Virus record (IMG/VR): IMGVR_UViG_3300045988_111617
Source: a virus
Reading direction: 5' to 3' (one strand)
Length of the DNA: 64,000 nt
Every line of letters starts with the position of its first letter. Positions within the stretch are counted from its first letter, which is position 1. The position numbers and the translations under genes were made by a program. Under the pieces are notes generated by a model, which made no database searches, was not told the origin of the DNA, and saw nothing but the letters and a program-made list of their open reading frames with translations. Positions 41,423-49,092 of this stretch are shown in pieces.

Positions 41423-42054
41423 TCAATAATCTTTATATATTTTTCCTGTTTATTTATTATATAAGGACTCTTCTCAATTACTTCTGTCTCAATCACCTTA
41501 TGTTTCTTTTGAAACAGTCTTCCCAACCAACACTTTTTAGGAGGTTTAATAGTCTCTTTCCTCAAACTTTGTACTACATACCTCTCTGATATGAACTTGG
41601 GAGAGGCAATTACAGTAGACGGATATTCAAGGTTTAGATTAAGAGAATACCATTTATCTCTTAAAGTAGTATCTATTTTAAGTTCTGGATTTCTGAAAAG
41701 AGTATCTCTGAATATCAAGGTATCAGTCTTCTTGGCTTCAGATAATTGATATTCAAGTTCTTTTATGTTCTTGTCTTTAATTTTAAGTTTCTTTCTGACT
41801 TCATTCATCTTCACAATGATGGAGTCATTAATATAGTTTAATTGTTCTACTGTAAGCTGTAATGTTCTTCCCTTATTATTAAGGGAATCATTGTCAGCAA
41901 ACAAAGCCTTCTCATTGGCTATGCTTATTGACAAATCTTCCTTCAAACTATCTATTCTTGAAGACTGGAGTGATATAACACCAATCATACCAAGTATAAG
42001 AGCAACTACTCCTATATATATCCAACTCTTAAGTTTCATATCTTTTTCCTCCAA
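41419..42054 (-). CDS. Membrane-anchored coiled-coil protein (211 aa); spanin-like candidate
   Basis: N-terminal TM segment WIYIGVVALILGMIGVISL followed by a long heptad-rich region. Confidence 0.5.
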   Translation of the reverse strand: MEEKDMKLKSWIYIGVVALILGMIGVISLQSSRIDSLKEDLSISIANEKALFADNDSLNNKGRTLQLTVEQLNYINDSIIVKMNEVRKKLKIKDKNIKELEYQLSEAKKTDTLIFRDTLFRNPELKIDTTLRDKWYSLNLNLEYPSTVIASPKFISERYVVQSLRKETIKPPKKCWLGRLFQKKHKVIETEVIEKSPYIINKQEKYIKIIE

Positions 42055-42078
42055 TAGGCAAAAATAAGAAGTATAAAT

Positions 42079-42117
42079 AAAAAAAGCAAGAGGTTAAGTA
42101 GAACACTTAACCTCTTG
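42079..42117 (-). terminator. Terminator hairpin (13-bp stem CAAGAGGTTAAGT/ACTTAACCTCTTG) plus a T tract on the - strand
   Basis: Perfect IR just after the stop of the 554-aa BACON-protein gene. Flanking A8 on the + strand gives a T8 run on the - strand. Confidence 0.7.
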
Positions 42118-42139
42118 TTAATTTTATTCTAATCTATGA

Positions 42140-43804
42140 TTAGGACAGTGTCCAAGAATCATTAGATGTGATAGTCAATGTCTTAGTCTCACCAGCTGCA
42201 ATGAATGACAATGTATCAGGAGAGAGGTCAAGAGTTGAGTTAGAACCCTGCTGGTTGAATGTGATGTCCTTAGTAGCAGTCTTACCACCTTCACCCTCAG
42301 CTGAGATTGTAACAACAAAGCCCTCTCTTGGAGCAGTTGTAGGGTTAAGATTAACAGTAACCTTACCTGCATTAGTATCAAGTGAGAAGCCTTCCTTAGC
42401 AGTCTTAACTGCATATTCAGCAGAGAGCTGTACCTTGTTATCTGCTGGAGTAGCCTCAGTCCTTGTAGCACCTGAAGTGTAAGTAACTGTCTGCTTCAAA
42501 GCAGGAACAATAGCATAAGTCTCACCTGGAGCAGCAAGAGATACTGGAGTAGCCTGACCAATAGTTACTGCACCATAAGTTGCAGTGTTAGCTGCCTGAT
42601 ATATAGTGAGTGTCTTAGTAGCTTTCTTACCACCAGCACCTGTTGCAGTAATTGTAATGACACCTGCTTCAGTCTTTGCAGAAACTGCCGTACCCTTAGA
42701 AGCCGCTGTAACAGCTGCACTATAAGTGATAGCAATAGGGTCAAATGTTGGATTGGTAGAACCCTCAACATCCGTAATACCAACTTTTGCTCCAGAAGTA
42801 TAAGTAATAACCTGTGCTGCTATTGAGCCCTCATCAGACCAAATAATATCACTTCCTTCAACTGTACCTCCTGCGGCAGGAATATCATTAGCTGAAGGTA
42901 CTCTTCTAGAAATATTAATCTCACCGTACGTAGCAGTATTAGCAGCCTGGCTAACAGTCTGTGCTTTATATACAGCAGAAGATTTACCATTGAGAGTAAC
43001 CTTAGCTGTCACTGATGCTACCTCAGTAACTTCAGATACAGTAGTACCCTTAGAAGTAGCAGTTACAACACCTGTACTCGTATTAGTGGCACCTTCAAAT
43101 TTAAATGTAGTTCCTGAAATAGGAGCCGCAAGAGTACCTGAAAGTGTGCCTCCATTTGTAGTAGAGTTATTCCATCCCCAAGCCTGTGAGTAAGAAAGGG
43201 TAGGTGTCTTGCTGCCACCTGATGCTGGGATATTTCCAGCAGGGTAGCTGAATGCAGAAATAACAGGAGCAGCATAGCTCTTAACACCTGCTGCCTGATT
43301 GATAGTAAGCTCACCTGAAGTTACATCAGCATTTGCATTCTTAACTGCAAACTTAGCAACTAATGCAGATGTTGATTTATTCTCTGGAACAATTACAGTA
43401 AGAGTAAAGTCATATATTGCAGATGCACCTGGGTCACCATCCACAACAGTATCTTTACTACCATCCCAGGATGCATCAGCTACTCCTGCTACAGCAAGCT
43501 CGTAAACAAGACCTGGAATACTAGAAGTCCCTGCTACAATGCTAAGATTAGCAGAGTTAGATTTACCCTGAATAGTAACACTTTGACCTACTTTATCCGC
43601 AGAATAAGTCTTTGTTGCAATAGTAATTACCTCAGCAGCACCTACCTGAGTTACAGCTGTAGTATCACCAGCTCCACCTGCTGTTGTACCAGTAATAGTA
43701 CCCTCTCTGGCAACTCTACCCGTATAGGCAGCAGCAGTGATTTTACTTGAGCCATTCATGGAACCTTCAGCGGTTTCAATTGTAATCCATTTTGGTTTAG
43801 CCAT
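42140..43804 (-). CDS. BACON-domain protein (554 aa), Thr/Ala/Gly-rich Ig-like repeats; virion surface/decoration candidate
   Basis: N-terminus MAKPKWITIETAEGSMNGSSKITAAAYTGRVAREGTITG matches the BACON domain second half (W.TV...SGSG......A..N.....R...ITV). C-terminus ...LSFIAAGETKTLTITSNDSWTLS matches the BACON first half. Confidence 0.75.
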   Translation of the reverse strand: MAKPKWITIETAEGSMNGSSKITAAAYTGRVAREGTITGTTAGGAGDTTAVTQVGAAEVITIATKTYSADKVGQSVTIQGKSNSANLSIVAGTSSIPGLVYELAVAGVADASWDGSKDTVVDGDPGASAIYDFTLTVIVPENKSTSALVAKFAVKNANADVTSGELTINQAAGVKSYAAPVISAFSYPAGNIPASGGSKTPTLSYSQAWGWNNSTTNGGTLSGTLAAPISGTTFKFEGATNTSTGVVTATSKGTTVSEVTEVASVTAKVTLNGKSSAVYKAQTVSQAANTATYGEINISRRVPSANDIPAAGGTVEGSDIIWSDEGSIAAQVITYTSGAKVGITDVEGSTNPTFDPIAITYSAAVTAASKGTAVSAKTEAGVITITATGAGGKKATKTLTIYQAANTATYGAVTIGQATPVSLAAPGETYAIVPALKQTVTYTSGATRTEATPADNKVQLSAEYAVKTAKEGFSLDTNAGKVTVNLNPTTAPREGFVVTISAEGEGGKTATKDITFNQQGSNSTLDLSPDTLSFIAAGETKTLTITSNDSWTLS

Positions 43805-43834
43805 AAAAATTAAATTTAATTTAAATGTTTTTAA

Positions 43835-43866
43835 ATAGTTAATAAGTTTTTAACCTTATTAACTAT
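43835..43866 (-). promoter_or_regulatory. Perfect 12-bp inverted repeat ATAGTTAATAAG-N8-CTTATTAACTAT between the two BACON genes
   Basis: Seen directly in the sequence. AT-rich hairpin or operator-like palindrome in the 105-nt intergenic region. Confidence 0.4.
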
Positions 43867-43909
43867 TTGTTGTATTTATGTATTAAGAAATGTATTGTTT
43901 CAAACAATT

Positions 43910-44980
43910 TTATAAAATAGAATTGAAAGTCAATGTAGGATAATTTGATGAAATCTTTAGGGTTTGACTAGTAGTTGTCTTCCTAAGAGGAATTCCTTCT
44001 GTATTTTCAAAATAAATATATCCTCCACTTTCATGTTTTGTGAATGTCATACCATTTATGACAAGATTCTTGTTCAGAGTTGCATAAATAACATAATCAT
44101 AACATTTTATAGTAAATCTACACAAAGCCACGGTTGACCACTCTTTAGCCCACTTGAACTGTGAACCCATGATATTTTCAACCACCATAGGACAACTCAA
44201 GCTCTGTCTAGACCCAGCTCCAAGAGTAAATCTTCCAACCCTAATGTTATTCATTGAAATATCATTATTCAATCTCTGACCATCAGGATAGAGGTCTGCA
44301 AATACATTAAAGGTGACCTCTGATATTGAAGCAGAATCAAGTGTTTCTTTTGTAATAGAAGCTGATAAGAGACTCACAGATGGAAGACTCCAAGAGCAAG
44401 TAGGTTCACTCGGTGCAACAAGGCTTTCAGCGGAAATCACTTCATTTAATCCGTTAAATGCGTTTTGAATCTTAGCAGCTACAAGTTGTGAAACATAATC
44501 TTTGTCATCTGGGTCATTAACCAACAAAAGTGGAACCCAGTCTATTGTTGGGTCATTAGATGATGTTATACCGAAATATAATTCTGTTGAGTTAAGACTA
44601 TTAAGCGTTTCAAGGTTTGTGTTTAAGTCAAACTCACTCATATACTCTATATTCACAACAAGAGTGCTGGCATTAATAGACTCTATCTTGCCAAACTCCC
44701 CATAAGAATAACTAGGGGAAACATCATCATCTGCAAAATAAAGAGACTGACCCACGCGTTTCTGTGGAATCTCCCCTCCAGTATATTCAAATGTAATCTT
44801 ACCTTTGGTTGCTTTCCCTGCCTGAGTTACTTGTATTTCGTGTGTTAACCCACTAAGTGACTTTACAGTTACTATTCCACTCCTTGAAGAAGTTGATGTA
44901 TTTTGTGCAAGAGTGATGTTAAATATTCCTGCTCCTGTACCACTTGAAGGATTAACTGTTATCCAATTTGGTTTAGCCAT
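43910..44980 (-). CDS. BACON-domain protein (356 aa)
   Basis: N-terminus MAKPNWITVNPSSGTGAGIFNITLAQNTSTSSRSGIVTV is a clear BACON signature. Paralogous start to its neighbours. Confidence 0.75.
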   Translation of the reverse strand: MAKPNWITVNPSSGTGAGIFNITLAQNTSTSSRSGIVTVKSLSGLTHEIQVTQAGKATKGKITFEYTGGEIPQKRVGQSLYFADDDVSPSYSYGEFGKIESINASTLVVNIEYMSEFDLNTNLETLNSLNSTELYFGITSSNDPTIDWVPLLLVNDPDDKDYVSQLVAAKIQNAFNGLNEVISAESLVAPSEPTCSWSLPSVSLLSASITKETLDSASISEVTFNVFADLYPDGQRLNNDISMNNIRVGRFTLGAGSRQSLSCPMVVENIMGSQFKWAKEWSTVALCRFTIKCYDYVIYATLNKNLVINGMTFTKHESGGYIYFENTEGIPLRKTTTSQTLKISSNYPTLTFNSIL

Positions 44981-44995
44981 AATATCTTATTTTAT

Positions 44996-45646
44996 TTATT
45001 CTACATTCCATGTTACAAATGGTTGTGTTTTCACAGAAACACTGGAAGTTTGTCCATCTGCTGGTGCTGAAATAGATGATGTATCTACTACAAGACCTTC
45101 CTCTATACATGTACAACTACTGTCATCCTTAGATACATAAACATCTCCTTTACCTGCAACTGAAGTGGCAGTTATTGTGTTAAATGATAATGCTGTTTTA
45201 CTATTAGCTTTAAAAGGAGTAGTAAAGATTTTGCCCAAAGCTTTAACTATGGTTGAGCCTTTTGTTATAGTAGCTGATAATACTAAGTCAGAACTGCCGT
45301 CAGGAAATTGAAGAGGAAGCCCATCATTTAATAACTTAACTCTAATTTCATAACTTGAATCTTCATCCTCTGCCTTATCACTCCTAAAAGCATACATACA
45401 AGAAGATATTTTGAATAAACTTCCTTCCTGTACTCCTGTAAAAACTACAGTCAATTTGTAGGTAACTGCTCCATATTGTAGCACCTTTACTTGTTTAGAA
45501 GTGCTTCCATTTCCTGAACTCACTGTTATTGTACCTTCTCTACAATATCTTTGAGTGTTAGATTGTGCTTCAACAGATATAGTGTCATTACCTGAACCTG
45601 AATTTTTACTTAATGTAATCCAATCTGGTTTTGCCATTTTATTCAT
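44996..45646 (-). CDS. BACON-domain protein (216 aa)
   Basis: N-terminus MNKMAKPDWITLSKNSGSGNDTISVEAQSNTQRYCREGTITVSS is a BACON signature. Confidence 0.75.
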   Translation of the reverse strand: MNKMAKPDWITLSKNSGSGNDTISVEAQSNTQRYCREGTITVSSGNGSTSKQVKVLQYGAVTYKLTVVFTGVQEGSLFKISSCMYAFRSDKAEDEDSSYEIRVKLLNDGLPLQFPDGSSDLVLSATITKGSTIVKALGKIFTTPFKANSKTALSFNTITATSVAGKGDVYVSKDDSSCTCIEEGLVVDTSSISAPADGQTSSVSVKTQPFVTWNVE

Positions 45647-45654
45647 ATTTTTAA

Positions 45655-45680
45655 CAAGGGAGATTAAAACTCTCCCTTGT
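45655..45680 (-). terminator. Hairpin AAGGGAGA-TTAAAAC-TCTCCCTT between the PEGA-repeat gene and the first BACON gene
   Basis: Perfect 8-bp stem. Shares its stem sequence with the terminator at 2895. Confidence 0.5.
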
Positions 45681-45696
45681 AAGTTACTATCAATTA

Positions 45697-46929
45697 TTAA
45701 TCAATATTCCAAGAAGTATTAGATTCAATTTGTAAAGTCTTTGATTCTCCACCAGAGGTAAATTCCATATAATTAGGATTAATATCCACAAATTTCTCTA
45801 CTTCAAGAATGACATTTTTAGTTTCAGTTTGAACTATTTTATACTTTTCTGTATAAGTCTTATATCCCTTCTTAGATACTTTAATACTAACATCAGTATT
45901 ATAATCTGCTGTAATGGAGTTTTTAACTTCCCCATTTAATTCTACAACAGCATCTGTTGGAGTAGGATTTATAGTGAGAGTATATTTATTTGCAACAAGA
46001 GTTACATCTACTACAGTATCCTCATTTACTGTTTGAGTGCCATTCTTAGATTCATAATGAGGAGCTTCTACAGACCAAGTAACTTCTGAGTTTTTATCAA
46101 TAACAATTGAATTAGTAGTTTCTCCGTTTATAGTTACAACTGCATCTAGTGGAGAAATTACATTTACAACAAAGTTAATTTTATTTTCTCCTATTACATC
46201 TAGAGATACTTGCATTGAAGTACTTTCTGTAACAATTATACTACCACTTTTTTTTATATAGCCACTTTTAGATACTTCCCAAGTTACTACTGAGCCTTTA
46301 TCTACTGTAATAGATTTTCTAGCAACTCCATTAAGTCTAACTGTACAATCATTAGGAATTGGACTTACAGTAAATGTTGCTTGTTCTCTATTAAGTTCAG
46401 GTTTAAGGGTTATATCTTTATCTACCAAAATAAACTCTTCATAAGTTACATATCCCTCAGCCTGTACTTTAACATTGACTGTAGAACCATTAACAATCTG
46501 TAAAGAACTTTGCTTTATGCCATTTATAAATACAGTTGCATTAGGAGTAACTGGTATTACAGTGAGTGTATATTTAGTAGTTAATGTACTTAATACTCTA
46601 TTGATATCATCTAAACTTTTATCAATACTATCAAAGTGTATATTAGTTTTCCTTATAAATGCTCTCAATAAAGTATTGATATCCATTACTTTTTCTTCAA
46701 GAATTTCTATTCTATGAAGTGCATCTCCAATATCTCCATTTATATTTTGCCTTACAAATGTATAAAGTTGGTCTAAGGTCATCGACCTATTTTTTCCATC
46801 CTTTACAAAGGCTATAAAGTCTTTCTTACTAATAGATGTCCAATCATCCAGAGGTTTAAAATCTGAATCTCTTTTACACATTGCAGAAAGCTTTTTTGAT
46901 ATCTCTTGTATTTGTTGTAATGTAAACAT
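45697..46929 (-). CDS. Protein with four tandem PEGA/Ig-like repeats and a C-terminal BACON-like half-domain (410 aa)
   Basis: Repeats YTLTVIPVTPNATVFINGIKQSS.., ATFTVSPIPNDCTVRLNGVARKS.., INFVVNVISPLDAVVTINGETTNS.., YTLTINPTPTDAVVELNGEVKNS... C-terminus ..FTSGGESKTLQIESNTSWNID. Confidence 0.7.
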   Translation of the reverse strand: MFTLQQIQEISKKLSAMCKRDSDFKPLDDWTSISKKDFIAFVKDGKNRSMTLDQLYTFVRQNINGDIGDALHRIEILEEKVMDINTLLRAFIRKTNIHFDSIDKSLDDINRVLSTLTTKYTLTVIPVTPNATVFINGIKQSSLQIVNGSTVNVKVQAEGYVTYEEFILVDKDITLKPELNREQATFTVSPIPNDCTVRLNGVARKSITVDKGSVVTWEVSKSGYIKKSGSIIVTESTSMQVSLDVIGENKINFVVNVISPLDAVVTINGETTNSIVIDKNSEVTWSVEAPHYESKNGTQTVNEDTVVDVTLVANKYTLTINPTPTDAVVELNGEVKNSITADYNTDVSIKVSKKGYKTYTEKYKIVQTETKNVILEVEKFVDINPNYMEFTSGGESKTLQIESNTSWNID

Positions 46930-47085
46930 TCTATTCTTGTTTATAAGTTACTTGCAATGTCCAACTATCATTAGATTCAACAAGGAGAGTTTTAGATTCA
47001 TCTTCTTGTGTGTTGTAATTTAAAGATTCTGGAAGAAGCCTAATATAAGAAGTGGAATTATTCTTTAATAGGTTTCTAAACATGC

Positions 47086-47532
47086 TCATTTGAAAATCCC
47101 CCAAACAGCTAAATTATTCAAAACACTTACAACTATTACAGAATTTGCTTCTGAAACTGGACTTTTGCCATCCTGCCATTTAATGGTAGAATCTCCAATT
47201 ACTTTATGTACAGTCTCTCCTATTGTAATATAATAAATCACTTCATTAGTGAGAGAAGGATTAGAAGTTATCATATAATCCTCTGTAAGGGTAGGTACTT
47301 CATGATAAGTAACTCCTCCACCAAACAATCTCCACTTTCCAGTAATAGCATCTACTGAATTATTTGGGTCATACTTATATGTATTTCTATCTTCTTCACA
47401 AAATGAAATATGTCCAGGGTCTAATGCAGATTCTTTAAAAGCTTTCATAGCTTCTAAAGTAGGAAAAGAATCTCTGGTAAAATTAGAAAGTCTTCCCTCA
47501 TATTTTATATTAGATGCAAATTGTACTGCCAT
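47086..47532 (-). CDS. Hypothetical structural protein (148 aa)
   Basis: ORF. ATGA overlap with the upstream tail-fibre-like gene. Confidence 0.65.
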   Translation of the reverse strand: MAVQFASNIKYEGRLSNFTRDSFPTLEAMKAFKESALDPGHISFCEEDRNTYKYDPNNSVDAITGKWRLFGGGVTYHEVPTLTEDYMITSNPSLTNEVIYYITIGETVHKVIGDSTIKWQDGKSPVSEANSVIVVSVLNNLAVWGIFK

Positions 47533-49085
47533 TATTTAACAAATCTAAATTTATAATCAGTTACTGAAGATGGATTTTGTAAAGCATAAATATAGTAATT
47601 TTCCCCATCAATTACCATTTCTTGCTCTTTTACAAAATCATCATAGGGCATTGAAGTGGCATCATCTAATACTTTTGTTAGAAGTCCAAAAGTAGAAGGA
47701 TACGCATAAACTGCTCTCTGGTCTTCTAAATTATATGTTAGAGTAGCAGAAGCAGAGGTACATACTTCTTTCGTTAAAGAAGTTATCATAGGCTCTGTAA
47801 TACTTCCTACAGAAGTTCCTACAGGTAAAGCACCATAATATCTATAGTAAGTCTTCTTGAAAGTAGCTGTAGTGCTTCCATTATAAGTCTTGCCCTGGTA
47901 AACTACTACAACTCTATAAGTTGTAGTTGTAGTTACATCAGTAAATACTTTATAACCTGTTGCTGGGTCTACTGTTTCTCCATTTACAGTTACTGAATCA
48001 GGAGTAAGAGTCTGTCCATTCTTCATGAGTTTCCAAGACACCATAACTGTCTGAGAAGTGCCTTCATCATAAGTTCCTCCTCCAGATACAGAAAGGGTAG
48101 TAGGAAATACTTTCTCATCAAGTTGAGCAAGCAATTCATTCATTGCATTAATCTTCTCAGTGATTACTTTATTCTGAACTGGATTTACAGAAGTCTCACT
48201 AAGAGCCTCATCTACTGTTACAGTAGAACCTCCTTGAATCTCAATATTTCCTTCTCCAGTAATTGCTTGTCCATTTACAGTTTTAAACTGTTGATTAGAA
48301 ATTGCAGTAGATACTTCCTCTTTAGAAGCTAAACCAGAAACATCAGGAATATCTGCTTTAGGAGCATAGCTCTCTAACTTTGTGTCCACTTGTGCTTCTG
48401 TAATAAAACCAGAAGTATCTGGAATATCTGTCTTTAAAGCATAGTCTCCTTTAGGCTGTTTCTCTCCTATCTCAGTATTTATCTGATTAATACTTTGAGT
48501 AATAACCTTATTTTGAACTGGATTAATAGATTCTGTACTAAGAGCATCATCCACTGTAACAGAGCTTCCTCCTCCTTGGATTTCTATATTACCCTCTCCA
48601 GTTATTTCCTGGTTATTAATAGTCTTAAACTTCTGGTTAGAGATAGCATCAGTAACTTCTGTCTTAGTAGCTAAATCTGTAGTATCTGGAAGCTCACTCT
48701 TAAGAGCATACTCTCCTTTTGGCTGATAAAGTTCCTGTGCTTTTACTTCAGATAACAGTCCTTCTATTGAAGGTATATCAGACTTTTTAGCATAGTCAAG
48801 AAGTGCTGTATTTAAGGCATCTTCTGTAACATAGTTTTTAAGGTCTGGAATTATAATCCCTAATTCTTCGAGAGAAAGGTTTCCTTCAAGGACTACATTG
48901 TTAATCTTAGGTTTATTCTCTAAGTCATTGTAGTCTGAAGTTCCTCCTCCAGAACTAGTACCTATTTTTCTCCATCCTCCATCATATACATGGATTGTAT
49001 TAATATTATTGGCACCTGCTTTAACCCATAATACATAAGGAGTTGCAGGGGGATTAGTAGAAAATATAATATCTCTAATTATCAT
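47532..49085 (-). CDS. Tail-fibre-like protein (517 aa) with two tandem ~95-aa internal repeats
   Basis: N-terminal ..SDYNDLENKPKINN.. is common in phage fibre and baseplate proteins. There is an internal duplication (..ITGEGNIEIQGGGSSVTVDDALSTESINPVQNKVITQSINQI.. and ..ITGEGNIEIQGGSTVTVDEALSETSVNPVQNKVITEKINAM..). Confidence 0.65.
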   Translation of the reverse strand: MIIRDIIFSTNPPATPYVLWVKAGANNINTIHVYDGGWRKIGTSSGGGTSDYNDLENKPKINNVVLEGNLSLEELGIIIPDLKNYVTEDALNTALLDYAKKSDIPSIEGLLSEVKAQELYQPKGEYALKSELPDTTDLATKTEVTDAISNQKFKTINNQEITGEGNIEIQGGGSSVTVDDALSTESINPVQNKVITQSINQINTEIGEKQPKGDYALKTDIPDTSGFITEAQVDTKLESYAPKADIPDVSGLASKEEVSTAISNQQFKTVNGQAITGEGNIEIQGGSTVTVDEALSETSVNPVQNKVITEKINAMNELLAQLDEKVFPTTLSVSGGGTYDEGTSQTVMVSWKLMKNGQTLTPDSVTVNGETVDPATGYKVFTDVTTTTTYRVVVVYQGKTYNGSTTATFKKTYYRYYGALPVGTSVGSITEPMITSLTKEVCTSASATLTYNLEDQRAVYAYPSTFGLLTKVLDDATSMPYDDFVKEQEMVIDGENYYIYALQNPSSVTDYKFRFVK

Positions 49086-49092
49086 AGCTTAA

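Noticed and set aside
42168-43505. Several 60-100-aa ORFs on both strands inside the 554-aa BACON gene (42168..42482, 42175..42471, 42565..42783, 42990..43193, 43063..43314, 43299..43505)
   Set aside because: They are artefacts of Thr/Ala/Gly-rich repetitive coding sequence, which leaves alternative frames open. Translations are Leu/Gln/Arg low-complexity.
45647-45696. Stop-codon readthrough fusing the 410-aa protein (BACON first half) to the 216-aa protein (BACON second half)
   Set aside because: The stop is TAA, followed by a 50-nt intergenic region containing a stable hairpin, and the downstream gene has its own Met. The two are treated as separate genes, with possible complementation noted as a finding.
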